Source of the DNA: Longivirga aurantiaca
Lineage (GTDB): Bacteria > Actinomycetota > Actinomycetes > S36-B12 > CAIYMF01
DNA length: 32,000 bases
Direction of reading: 5' to 3'
Assembly (NCBI RefSeq): GCF_042660085.1
Contig: NZ_JBHSTI010000008.1
Coordinates: 2,265,604 to 2,297,603 of the forward strand
Shown here: piece after piece, positions 20,308 to 31,410 of the stretch
How the letters are laid out: the number at the start of each line of letters is the position of its first letter
Position numbering within the stretch: the first letter of the stretch is position 1
Translations under genes and position numbers: made by a program
Notes under the pieces: generated by a model
The model's database searches: none
What the model was told of the DNA's origin: nothing
Seen by the model: only the letters and a program-made list of their open reading frames with translations

Positions 20308-21116
20308 GCCGATGCCCCGGTCCCCAGCCACCGGTCGCGGAGCCCCACGAGCACGAGCACCGAGACCGCGAGCAGCACGAGGCTCAGCACGACCGCCTCG
20401 GAAGGGTCGCCCTCGAGACCGGTGTAGACGGCGAGCGGCAGCGTCTGCGTCACGCCCTCGAGGTTGCCGGCGAAGGTGATGGTCGCTCCGAACTCGCCCA
20501 GTGCGCGGGCGAAGGTCAGCACCGCACCCGCGACGAGCGACGGCGCCACGAGCGGCACGGTGACCCGGCGGAACACCTCGACGCGGCTCGCGCCCAGGGT
20601 GACCGCAGCCTCCTCGAGCTTCCCGTCCAGGCCGCGCAGCGCCCCCTCGACCGTGATGACGAGGAACGGCATGGCCACGAACACCTGCGCAACGACCACC
20701 CCCGGCGTGGTGAACGGCAGCGTGATCCCGGTGAGTGCTTCGAGCGGCTGACCGACGATGCCCCGGCGCCCGAACGCCAGGAGCAGTGCGATGCCGCCCA
20801 CGACGGGCGGGAGCACGAGCGGCACCGTGACGAGCGCGCGCAGGAAGCGGCGGCCCGGGACTGTCGAGCGCGCGAGCAGCCAGGCCAGCGGTACGCCGAG
20901 CAGCACGGCCACGACGGTCGAGGCCAGCCCGGTCACGAGCGAGAGCCGCAGCGCCGCCAGCGACGTCGGCGAGGTGAGCACCTCCCAGAACCGGCTCCAG
21001 GGCGCGCGGACGAGCAGCCCGAGCAGGGGCAGCGCGAGGAACAGGATGGCGAGCCCGGCGGGCACGAGGACGGGCCAGGGGGGTGCGGTCGCCGACCGCC
21101 CGCGGCGGGCGGTCAC
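20304..21116 (-). CDS. modB: Molybdate ABC transporter permease
   Basis: 'ALRLSLVTGLASTVVAVLLGVPLAWLLAR', 'FLRALVTVPLVLPPVVGGIALLLAFGRRG', EAA-loop 'EEAAVTLGASRVEVFRRVTVPLVAPSLVAGAVLTFARALGEFGATI'; GTG start overlapping the modA stop. Confidence 0.92.
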   Translation of the reverse strand: MTARRGRSATAPPWPVLVPAGLAILFLALPLLGLLVRAPWSRFWEVLTSPTSLAALRLSLVTGLASTVVAVLLGVPLAWLLARSTVPGRRFLRALVTVPLVLPPVVGGIALLLAFGRRGIVGQPLEALTGITLPFTTPGVVVAQVFVAMPFLVITVEGALRGLDGKLEEAAVTLGASRVEVFRRVTVPLVAPSLVAGAVLTFARALGEFGATITFAGNLEGVTQTLPLAVYTGLEGDPSEAVVLSLVLLAVSVLVLVGLRDRWLGTGASA

Positions 21117-21889
21117 GGGGCGCCGAACCCGGCGTCGGCGAGCACCTTCTGCGCCTCGGGGCCCAGCAGGTATGCCGCGAACGCCTGTGCTGTCACGGGA
21201 TTCGCGCTGCCCGACATCGCGGCGATCGGGTAGCTCGTCGTCACGTTCTGGTCGACGGGGATGTCGATGCCGACGACGGCGCTGCCCGCGGCCTTCACGT
21301 CGGTCACGTAGACGATGCCTGCGTCGACCTCGCCGAGCTGCACCTTGGAGAGCACCGACTTCACGTCGACCTCGCGCGTCACGGGCGTCACCGTGAGGTT
21401 GTTCTGCTCGAAGAGCTTGTCGGCCGCGATGCCGCACGGCACGTCGGCCGCGCACACGGCGACCTTCACCGCGGGGTCGGCGAGGTCCGCCAGCGAGGTG
21501 ACTGTCGTGATCGGGTCGGCCGGGGCAGCGATGGCCATCGTGTTGACGGCGAACACCGTCGAGCCGGGCGCGAGCCCGGCGTCGACCACGGTGTCCATCG
21601 TCTTCTGGCTCGCGCTGGCGAACACGTCGGCAGGCGCCTTCTCGGCGATCTGGGTCGCGAGTCCGCTGCTCGGCCCGAAGCTGAACGTGATCGTCGTTCC
21701 CGGGTTCGCCGCCTCGAACTGCTCGCCGATCGTCACGAACGCCTCCTTCAGCGAGGCTGCGGCGAACACGGTGATCGGTCCTGTCACGCCGGTCGCCGAG
21801 CCGGACGGCGCTTCTCCAGCAGCGGTCGAGCCGCATCCGGCCACAGCGAGCGTCGCGGCTGCGAGGGCTACGAGCAGGCGCGTGCGCAC
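21113..21889 (-). CDS. modA: Molybdate ABC transporter substrate-binding lipoprotein
   Basis: Lipobox 'LAVAGCG'; 'ITVFAAASLKEAFVTIGEQFEAANPGTTITFSFGPSSGLATQI'; 'VFAVNTMAIAAP'; 'VTSYPIAAMSGSANP'. Confidence 0.94.
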   Translation of the reverse strand: MRTRLLVALAAATLAVAGCGSTAAGEAPSGSATGVTGPITVFAAASLKEAFVTIGEQFEAANPGTTITFSFGPSSGLATQIAEKAPADVFASASQKTMDTVVDAGLAPGSTVFAVNTMAIAAPADPITTVTSLADLADPAVKVAVCAADVPCGIAADKLFEQNNLTVTPVTREVDVKSVLSKVQLGEVDAGIVYVTDVKAAGSAVVGIDIPVDQNVTTSYPIAAMSGSANPVTAQAFAAYLLGPEAQKVLADAGFGAP

Positions 21890-21920
21890 GGTGCGCCCTT
21901 CGTCGTCCGCGGGGTGCGCA

Positions 21921-22328
21921 TCAGCGGTGGTCGGGGATCTCGATGCCGACGTTGGTGGACTTCACGGTGGCGACCGCGAGGACTCCGGGCTCGAGACCGA
22001 GCTCGTCGGCGGCCTCGCGGCTCATGAGCGACACCATCCGGTGCGGGCCCACCTGCAGCTCGACCTGCGCCATCACCGTGTCGCGCACGACGCGGGTGAC
22101 GATGCCCGTCAGCCGGTTGCGGGCCGAGGCGCTCACCACCGGGCTCTCGAGCGCGGGATCGTCGACCGCCCGCTCGGCCATGAACCGCGCCACCTCGGTG
22201 CCGTCCACCACGGCACGTCCGACGTCGTCGGTCGCCGTGGCGAGGCGCCCCGAGTCGGCCCAGCGCCGCACCGTGTCGTCGCTGACGTGCAGGAGGCTCG
22301 CCACTTCGCTGATCCGCAGCTTCGTCAT
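21921..22328 (-). CDS. HTH (MerR/excisionase-like) + TOBE (molybdopterin/molybdate-binding) protein, putative Mo-responsive regulator
   Basis: 'LRISEVASLLHVSDDTVRRWADSGRL' HTH followed by 'SARNRLTGIVTRVVRDTVMAQVELQVGPHRMVSLMSREAADELGLEPGVLAVATVKSTNVGIEI' TOBE domain. Confidence 0.88.
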   Translation of the reverse strand: MTKLRISEVASLLHVSDDTVRRWADSGRLATATDDVGRAVVDGTEVARFMAERAVDDPALESPVVSASARNRLTGIVTRVVRDTVMAQVELQVGPHRMVSLMSREAADELGLEPGVLAVATVKSTNVGIEIPDHR

Positions 22329-22413
22329 GCGGGCGAGGGTACGGCTCAGATGCGGATCACGCATCCATTTCTGGTCCGCACGTGCGGATTGTGACCCGTC
22401 ATGCTTCCGCAGG

Positions 22414-22956
22414 TCACGCAGGCCGCTCGTCGAGGTCCTCGCCCGACGCGACGTCGCCCACCTCCACGAGGGCGACGTCGTGCGCCGCGAGGTAGGCCCG
22501 TGCACCGCGGTCGCCGTCGGCCGCGTCGCGCACGCCCGGCCAGTGCCCCCGCCCGAGCAGCACCGGGTGCCCCCGCTCGCCGGCGTACGCCGCCTGGGCG
22601 AGATCGGAGCCGCTGTCGACGAGCCGTCGCACGGCCTCGGGGCTGAGCCCCGGGAGGTCGACGAGGGTGACCACGACCCGATCGGCCTCGGTGCCCACCA
22701 GCGTGTCCAGGCCGAGCCGCAGCGACGAGCCCATGCCGCTCGCCCAGTCGGCGTTCACGACCGTGATGTCGGCGTCGTCCACGCGGCCCACCCAGGCACC
22801 GAGCACGACGACGACGGGCTCGCACTCGGCGTCGCGCAGCAGATGCACCGCACGGTCGACCAGCCGCTCGCCGTCCAGCACGTACGGCGCCTTCGGACCG
22901 CCGAAGCGCCGTCCCTCACCGGCAGCGAGCACGAGCCCCGCGGTGCTCCCGCTCAA
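22414..22956 (-). CDS. MobA/MocA-like NTP transferase (probable Moco nucleotidylyltransferase)
   Basis: 'LVLAAGEGRRFGGPKAPYVLDGERLVDRAVHLL', 'VVTLVDLPGLSPEAVRRLV', 'GERGHPVLLGRGHW'. Confidence 0.85.
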   Translation of the reverse strand: MSGSTAGLVLAAGEGRRFGGPKAPYVLDGERLVDRAVHLLRDAECEPVVVVLGAWVGRVDDADITVVNADWASGMGSSLRLGLDTLVGTEADRVVVTLVDLPGLSPEAVRRLVDSGSDLAQAAYAGERGHPVLLGRGHWPGVRDAADGDRGARAYLAAHDVALVEVGDVASGEDLDERPA

Positions 22957-24059
22957 CGCGGAGCGCCGGCGTGGATCGGCCCGTCGGACTGCGCCAGATT
23001 CTTGCCTGAGCCGCCCCAGCGGTGCTGCACGATCTCGGCGGCGATCGAGATCGCTGTCTCCTCAGGGGTTCTCGCGCCGAGGTCCAGGCCGATCGGCGAC
23101 TGGATCCGGGCGATCTCAGCGTCGGTGAGCCCGGCCTCCTTCAACCGGATCGTGCGGTCCTCGTGGGTGCGGCGCGACCCCATCGCCCCGATGTAGGCGG
23201 CGCGGGTGGCGACGGCCTCCTTCAGCGCCGGCACGTCGAACTTCGGGTCGTGCGTCAGCACGCAGATCACCGCGCGGGAGTCGACCTGCTGCGAGGCCAG
23301 CCAGCGGTGCGGCCAGTCCACGACGACCTCGTCGGCGTCCGGGAACCGCTTCCTGGTCGCGAACACCTCGCGCGCGTCGACGATCGTGACGTGGAAGCCC
23401 AGCAGCTTGCCCGCCCTGCTCAGTGCCGCGGAGAAGTCGACCGCGCCGAAGATCGCCATCCGCGGCGCCGGCGCGAACGACGCCACGAACACCTCCAGGC
23501 CCTCGCCGAGCCGCTCGCCCTCGGGGCCGTACCTCAGGAACCCCGTCGAGCCGGACTCGAGCATCCCGAGCACGTCGGATCCCACGGTGTCGTCCAGGCG
23601 CGAGGTGCCGAGCGATCCTTCGATCCCGTTCTCCCGCACCACGATGTGGCGCCCCACGTGATCGGGACCCTTCACCACCGTGGCGACCGCGACGTGCTCG
23701 CCCGCGTCGATCGACGCCGCGATACCGGGCAGCTCCGGCCAGGTCTGCTCGTCGACCTTCTCGACGAACACCTCCAGGATCCCGCCGCAGGTGAGCCCGA
23801 CCGTGAACGCGTCACCGTCGCTGATGCCATACGTCTCGTAGCGCGCGACGCCGTCCTCGAGCACCTCGGTGCCCAGGGTGTAGAGCGCGCCCTCGACGCA
23901 GCCGCCGCTCACCGAGCCGACCGCCTCGCCTGCGGCGGTCACGAGCATCGACGCACCGGCAGGACGCGGCGCCGAACGCCACGTGCGGACCACGGTGGCC
24001 ATCGCCACCGGCTCGCCGCGATCGACGGCGGCCATCAGTGCGGGCAGGACCTCGCGCAC
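22953..24059 (-). CDS. XdhC/CoxI-family Moco insertion/maturation protein (both domains)
   Basis: 'SAPRPAGASMLVTAAGEAVGSVSGGCVEGAL', 'GLTCGGILEVFVE', 'YIGAMGSRRTHEDR...IARIQSPIGLDLGARTPEETAISIAAEIV'; GTG start 24059; 4-bp overlap with the NTP transferase. Confidence 0.9.
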   Translation of the reverse strand: MREVLPALMAAVDRGEPVAMATVVRTWRSAPRPAGASMLVTAAGEAVGSVSGGCVEGALYTLGTEVLEDGVARYETYGISDGDAFTVGLTCGGILEVFVEKVDEQTWPELPGIAASIDAGEHVAVATVVKGPDHVGRHIVVRENGIEGSLGTSRLDDTVGSDVLGMLESGSTGFLRYGPEGERLGEGLEVFVASFAPAPRMAIFGAVDFSAALSRAGKLLGFHVTIVDAREVFATRKRFPDADEVVVDWPHRWLASQQVDSRAVICVLTHDPKFDVPALKEAVATRAAYIGAMGSRRTHEDRTIRLKEAGLTDAEIARIQSPIGLDLGARTPEETAISIAAEIVQHRWGGSGKNLAQSDGPIHAGAPR

Positions 24060-24138
24060 GGCATCTCCTCGGGGTGTCCCACTGGGGTGAGGGCACGACG
24101 GACCCGGCCGGACGCAGCGCGCGTGCCCGTCGTCGTCC

Positions 24139-24573
24139 ATGATGACCCGCATGGCAAGAGTCCTGCTCGCCGACGTCGTGACCGAGCCCATCCACGTGCG
24201 CGACGTGGCCGCCCTCGTGGCCGGGCCCGAGGCCGGCGCCGTCGTCACCTTCTCCGGCGACGTCCGCGACCACGACCACGGCAGGTCGGTCGCGACGCTC
24301 ACCTACGAGGGCCACCCGACCGCCGCCTCGGTGCTCGCCGAGTGCGCCGCCGAGATCGCCGCCAGGCACCCCGTGGTCGCCGTCGCGGCCCTGCACCGCG
24401 TCGGGCCCATCGCCATCGGTGAGGCGGCGCTGGTCGCCGCGGTCAGCAGCGCCCATCGCGCCGAGGCGTTCGCCGCCTGCGCCGAGCTCGTCGACGTCAT
24501 CAAGGAGCGCCTGCCCGTGTGGAAGCACCAGGTCTTCACCGACGGCACCGACGAATGGGTCAACTGCGCCTGA
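24139..24573 (+). CDS. moaE: Molybdopterin synthase catalytic subunit MoaE
   Basis: 'AGAVVTFSGDVRDHDHGRSVATLTYEGHP', 'VAVAALHRVGPIAIGEAALVAAVSSAHRAEAFAACAELVDVIKERLPVWKHQVFTDGTDEWVN'. Confidence 0.94.
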   Translation: MMTRMARVLLADVVTEPIHVRDVAALVAGPEAGAVVTFSGDVRDHDHGRSVATLTYEGHPTAASVLAECAAEIAARHPVVAVAALHRVGPIAIGEAALVAAVSSAHRAEAFAACAELVDVIKERLPVWKHQVFTDGTDEWVNCA

Positions 24574-24651
24574 TCCCCCCGACCCGGTCGGGAGGCGGCG
24601 GCCCGCCATCCCCCGCCATGAAGGCCGGCGTCGTTGAGCTCTGAGCAACGA

Positions 24652-24690
24652 AGCCCCCCATCGTCAACCTGGCGAGGTGACGGTGGGGCT
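24652..24690. other. Strong imperfect hairpin between moaE and the patatin-like gene; possible terminator or leader element
   Basis: AGCCCC(cc)ATCGTC(a)ACCT-GGCG-AGGT-GACGGT-GGGGCT: 16 pairs including one G-T, with two bulges. Confidence 0.6.
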
Positions 24691-24775
24691 GGTTTCGTCA
24701 GGTTCCGAACGACACTCCCCGGAGTGATGCATCCAGGGCGCCGCACGCCTACCGTCGAGGTGGGAGGTGAGGGCG

Positions 24776-25732
24776 ATGGCGCTCGGACCGTTGGGGTCGC
24801 TCGCTGCCTCGGCGCGCGCCACGCTCGCGCGGCACGACGCGCCGCACCCGACCCCGACCCACCCCCGGACCGTCTTCGTGCTGTCCGGCGGAGCCGCGCT
24901 CGGTGCGGCCCAGGCGGGCATGGCCCGCGTGCTGCTCGACGCCGGCGTGGTGCCGGACGCCATCGTCGGCGTCTCCGCGGGCGCCATCAACGGCGCGCAC
25001 ATCGCGTTCCACCCGCACTCGGACGGCGGGGAGCGCCTGGAAGACCTCTGGCGGGCCCTCTCCACGACCGGTGTCATCGGCGGCCGCCGCAGCTGGGCCT
25101 GGAACGTCGTGCGCGGACGGTCCGGCGCGTTCCCGGCCGAGGGGCTGCGCGCCGCCCTCGAGGAGGCTGTCGGCGACCGCACCGACATCGGGGGCTCCGA
25201 CATCGAGCTCTACATCGGCACCACGCACCTCGCGACGGGCCACCCGGTGTTCCACCGCCGGGGGCCGCTCGTCGACGTCCTGCTCGCGTCGTCCGCGCTG
25301 CCCGGGCTGTTCCCCGCCGTGCACCTCGACGACCCGGACGGCGAGCATGCCGGCCTGCACGTGGACGGCGCGGTCACGGCGATGCTGCCGCTGCAGTACG
25401 CGCTCGAGCTCGATCCGGGGCACGTGTGGGTGCTCGATGTGTCCGGCGCCGTCCGCGCCACCGCGGCATACCACCCGGGCAGTCTCGACCTCGTGTCGAC
25501 CGGCTTCGCCCTCGCCCTCGGCCGGCAGGTGGGCCTCGGCGACTCCGGCCACGACCCGCGCGTGAGCACGATCAGCCTCCGGATGCGCCCCGCGGAGAAG
25601 CTCCGCAGCGTCCTGGACTTCGACCACACCGAGGCCCTCATCGAGGCCGGGCGGCACGAGGCCGAGGAGTCGCTCGCGCACGCGTTCGCCCGGCGTCCCG
25701 ACCTCATCCCGGGCCGACCCGAGTCCGCCTGA
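24776..25732 (+). CDS. Patatin-like phospholipase
   Basis: Oxyanion-hole 'VLSGGAALGAAQAGMARVLLDAG', GxSxG 'GVSAGAING', 'VDGAVTAMLPLQYA'; GGGAGGTGAGGG RBS region before ATG 24776. Confidence 0.9.
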   Translation: MALGPLGSLAASARATLARHDAPHPTPTHPRTVFVLSGGAALGAAQAGMARVLLDAGVVPDAIVGVSAGAINGAHIAFHPHSDGGERLEDLWRALSTTGVIGGRRSWAWNVVRGRSGAFPAEGLRAALEEAVGDRTDIGGSDIELYIGTTHLATGHPVFHRRGPLVDVLLASSALPGLFPAVHLDDPDGEHAGLHVDGAVTAMLPLQYALELDPGHVWVLDVSGAVRATAAYHPGSLDLVSTGFALALGRQVGLGDSGHDPRVSTISLRMRPAEKLRSVLDFDHTEALIEAGRHEAEESLAHAFARRPDLIPGRPESA

Positions 25733-25920
25733 CGTTCCGCCCGCAGATCCGCACCTGCGGGTCCTCGTGGGAGATGCAGCCGCTTCTGCCCCAGTCAGGT
25801 CTGGGCAACCTCAGGACCTGCACCGTCAGGGTGCGGGGATGCCGACCCCGTCCTACCCTCAGCCCACCGCGTGACCGCCGTCACAGACCCGTGCTCGTCA
25901 GCGCCTTCCCAGGAGTGTTC

Positions 25921-26586
25921 GTGGAGCTTCAGAACTCGTTCGTCGTACCCGCCGATATGGACACCGCCTGGAAGACGCTGCAGGACGTCGAGTTCCTCGC
26001 CCCCTGCGTCCCCGGCGCGACGCTCACCAAGAGCGACGGCGAGAACTTCGAGGGCAACGTCAAGGTCAAGCTCGGCCCGGTCTCGATGACGTACGGCGGC
26101 ACCGCGCGGTTCGTCAGCCGCGACGAGGCGACCCACACCGCCGTGATCGAGGGCACGGGCAAGGAGACCAAGGGCACCGGCACCGCCAAGGGGCTCGTCA
26201 CCGCCGTGCTCGTCGCCGAGGCGCCGGACCGCACCCGCTGCGACGTCGTCAGCGAGCTGACCATCACCGGCAAGGCCGCGCAGTTCGGCCGCGGCGTCAT
26301 GCAGGACGTCGCCGGCCGCATCATCGACCAGTTCTCGGCCAACCTCGCCGCGCAGATGACCGCTGCCGGCGCCGGTGCCGTCGCGGCGGCTGCCGCTGCG
26401 GACGGCGGCGGCACCGAGGCGGCCGCTGCTGCCCCGCGCGCAACCACTCCTCCCCCGCGTCCTGCCTCGGAGGAGGCCATCGACCTGCTCGGCACTGCGG
26501 GCGCGCCGGTGCTCAAGCGGGCCATCCCCATCGTGATCGGCGCCGTTGTGGTCATCGGCCTGATCATCTGGCTCGTCAAGAAGTAG
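25921..26586 (+). CDS. coxG: CoxG-like SRPBCC protein with C-terminal TM anchor
   Basis: 'MELQNSFVVPADMDTAWKTLQDVEFLAPCVPGATLT...FEGNVKVKLGPVSMTYGGTARFV'; low-complexity linker and C-terminal 'AIPIVIGAVVVIGLIIWLVKK'; AGGAG before GTG 25921. Confidence 0.92.
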   Translation: MELQNSFVVPADMDTAWKTLQDVEFLAPCVPGATLTKSDGENFEGNVKVKLGPVSMTYGGTARFVSRDEATHTAVIEGTGKETKGTGTAKGLVTAVLVAEAPDRTRCDVVSELTITGKAAQFGRGVMQDVAGRIIDQFSANLAAQMTAAGAGAVAAAAAADGGGTEAAAAAPRATTPPPRPASEEAIDLLGTAGAPVLKRAIPIVIGAVVVIGLIIWLVKK

Positions 26587-26708
26587 CGTGCGCCGAAGGC
26601 CGGCCTCCCCTTGCCCGAGGCTGCCCTCCCGTACGTGACGAACGGCTCGGCCAACGTCAGGAATCGCAGCACGAACCCATCCGGCACGACCCCCAGTGAG
26701 GTGGCGGA

Positions 26709-27578
26709 ATGCAGACCCCAGCCCCCGTCGACTACGCGAAGGCCACCTCGGTGGCCCATGCGATCGAGCTGCTCGAGCAGTTCGGTGAGGACGCCCGGCC
26801 GGTAGCAGGCGGACACAGCCTGCTGCCGATGATGAAGCTGCGGCTCGCAGCGCCGGAGGCACTCGTCGACCTCAACGACATCCCGGAGCTCACGGGCATC
26901 CGGATCGAGGGTGACGAGATCGTGGTGGGGGCCATGACCCGGCACCGCGACATCCTCGCCTCGGCGATCCTCGCCGAGCACTACCCGATCTTCCGCGAGG
27001 CCGAGCACCTCATCGCCGACCCGGTCGTGCGCAACCGCGGCACCATCGGCGGCTCCGCGTGCCAGGCCGACCCGGCCGCGGACCTGTCGGCCGTCGGCTC
27101 GGCGCTGCGCGGCACCGCCGTCGTGCAGGGCTCCGGCGGCCGGCGCACCGTGCCGCTGCGCGAGTTCCACGAGGGCCCGTACGACACCGTCATCCAGCCT
27201 GGCGAGGTGCTCGTCGAGCTCCGCTACCCGATCCGTCCGGGCGCGGGCAGCGCGTACGAGAAGGTCGAGCGCCGCGCAGGCGACTGGGGCGTCGCCACCG
27301 CGGGCGTGTTCGTCGTCGTACGCGACGGCGTCGTGACCGACTGCGGCATCGGCAACGCGGCCGTGGGCGCCGAGCACTACTGCTCGCCCGCCGCCGAGGC
27401 TGCGCTCATCGGTCAGCCGGCCACGGAGGAGAGCTTCGCCGCCGCCGCCAAGGTCGTCGGCGAGACCTGCGAGCCGTACGCCGACCAGCGGGGACCGGTC
27501 GACTACAAGCGCCACCTCGCCACCGAGCTGACCCTCCGCGCGCTGCGCCGCGCCGCCCGAGCCTCCCAGGGAGCATGA
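26709..27578 (+). CDS. coxM: CO dehydrogenase FAD-binding medium subunit, form I-type cluster
   Basis: '[24 protein letters not shown]' and '[21 protein letters not shown]'. Confidence 0.93.
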   Translation: MQTPAPVDYAKATSVAHAIELLEQFGEDARPVAGGHSLLPMMKLRLAAPEALVDLNDIPELTGIRIEGDEIVVGAMTRHRDILASAILAEHYPIFREAEHLIADPVVRNRGTIGGSACQADPAADLSAVGSALRGTAVVQGSGGRRTVPLREFHEGPYDTVIQPGEVLVELRYPIRPGAGSAYEKVERRAGDWGVATAGVFVVVRDGVVTDCGIGNAAVGAEHYCSPAAEAALIGQPATEESFAAAAKVVGETCEPYADQRGPVDYKRHLATELTLRALRRAARASQGA

Positions 27579-28062
27579 CCATGCAGGTGACGATCACCGT
27601 CAACGGCGTCGAGCAGACGCGTGACATCGAGCCGCGCATGCTGCTCGTGCACTTCATCCGCGACGAGCTGCAGATGCGCGGCACCCACTGGGGCTGCGAC
27701 ACCTCCAACTGCGGCGCCTGCACCCTGTGGATCGACGACGAGCCCGTCAAGAGCTGCACGCAGCTCGCGGTGATGGCCGACGGCAAGTCGATCACCACGG
27801 TCGAGGGCCTCGCCAAGGGCGGCGAGCTCGACCCGATCCAGAAGGGCTTCATGGAGTGCCACGGCCTCCAGTGCGGCTACTGCACCCCCGGGATGATGAT
27901 GGTCGGGCGCGCGCTGCTCGACGAGAACCCGCACCCGACCGAGGCCGAGATCCGCGAGGGCATCAGCGGCAACATCTGCCGCTGCACCGGCTACAAGAAC
28001 ATCGTCGCGGCGATCCAGTGGGCCGCCGAGAACCCCGCCACGACCGACGCCGAGGTGACCGC

Positions 28063-28066
<4 letters not shown>
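27575..28066 (+). CDS. coxS: CO dehydrogenase small (2Fe-2S) subunit, form I-type cluster
   Basis: '[16 protein letters not shown]', '[33 protein letters not shown]'; ATGA overlap with coxM. Confidence 0.94.
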
Positions 28067-30462
<2,396 letters not shown>

Positions 30463-30471
30463 GAGCACCAC

Positions 30472-31410
30472 GTGATGACCACGCGGGCACTGGACGAGAG
30501 GGCCGAGTCCCTGCGCGCCCACAGGGTGCCGTTCGTCCATGCCCGCGTGGTCCTCGCCGAACGACCCACCTCGGCGAAGCCCGGCGACGAGGCGGTGATC
30601 ACCCCTGACGGCGTCATCGAGGGTTTCGTCGGCGGTCAGTGCGCCGAAGGGACGGTGCGCACGCAGGCCCTGTCGCTGCTGTCGTCGGGCGACTCCATGC
30701 TGCTGCGCATCACGCCCAACCCCGAGGGCGAGCAGTCGGGCAAGACCGTGGTGCACAACGCCTGCCTGTCGGGAGGCACGCTCGAGATCTTCCTCGAGCC
30801 CGTCCTGCCGCTGCCGCTCGTCGCCGTGCTCGGCGACAGCCCGATCGCCCGTGCGATGACCGGGGTCGCCGAGGCGCTCGGCTACGAGGTCTCGACGTAC
30901 GACGACGCCGACCTCTCGGCCACCGACGCCGTGGTCGTCGCCACCCACGGCAAGCGCGAGGAGAAGACGCTGCAGGACGCCGTGCTCGCGGGCGTTCCGT
31001 ACGTCGGGCTCGTCGCGAGCCCCAAGCGCGGCGCCGCGGTCGTCGAGTCGCTCGAGCTCACCGACGAGCAGCGCGCACGCATCCACTACCCCGCCGGGCT
31101 CGACATCGGCGCGCGCACACCCCAGGAGATCGCGCTCTCGGTCTTCGCCCAGATGGTCTCCGAGCGTCCGCGCGTGCCGCGCACCGCACATGCCGGCACC
31201 CACCCGCCGGTCACGGAGCCGCCCGTGACGCGGCTCGGCGTGATCTCGCTGGAGACCGAGACCGCGATCGACCCGGTCTGCGACATGACGGTGACGATCT
31301 CGCCGGACGCCCTGCACGCCGATCTCCCGGACGGCGAGCGCGTGTGGTTCTGCTGCCCCGGGTGCCGTCGCGAGTTCCTGAAGCACCCCGAGAAGTACCC
31401 TCGATCGTGA
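30472..31410 (+). CDS. XdhC/CoxF-like protein with C-terminal YHS-like cysteine-rich domain
   Basis: 'GVIEGFVGGQCAEGTVRTQAL', 'YVGLVASPKRGAAVVESL..RIHYPAGLDIGARTPQEIALSVFAQMV', then 'AIDPVCDMTVTIS...VWFCCPGCRREFLKHPEKY'. Confidence 0.88.
   Translation: MMTTRALDERAESLRAHRVPFVHARVVLAERPTSAKPGDEAVITPDGVIEGFVGGQCAEGTVRTQALSLLSSGDSMLLRITPNPEGEQSGKTVVHNACLSGGTLEIFLEPVLPLPLVAVLGDSPIARAMTGVAEALGYEVSTYDDADLSATDAVVVATHGKREEKTLQDAVLAGVPYVGLVASPKRGAAVVESLELTDEQRARIHYPAGLDIGARTPQEIALSVFAQMVSERPRVPRTAHAGTHPPVTEPPVTRLGVISLETETAIDPVCDMTVTISPDALHADLPDGERVWFCCPGCRREFLKHPEKYPRS

Noticed and set aside
24634-25920. Long N-terminal extension of the 650-aa ORF ending with CoxG
   Set aside because: The extension is an out-of-frame reading of the patatin gene; CoxG homology begins precisely at the GTG at 25921 preceded by AGGAG.
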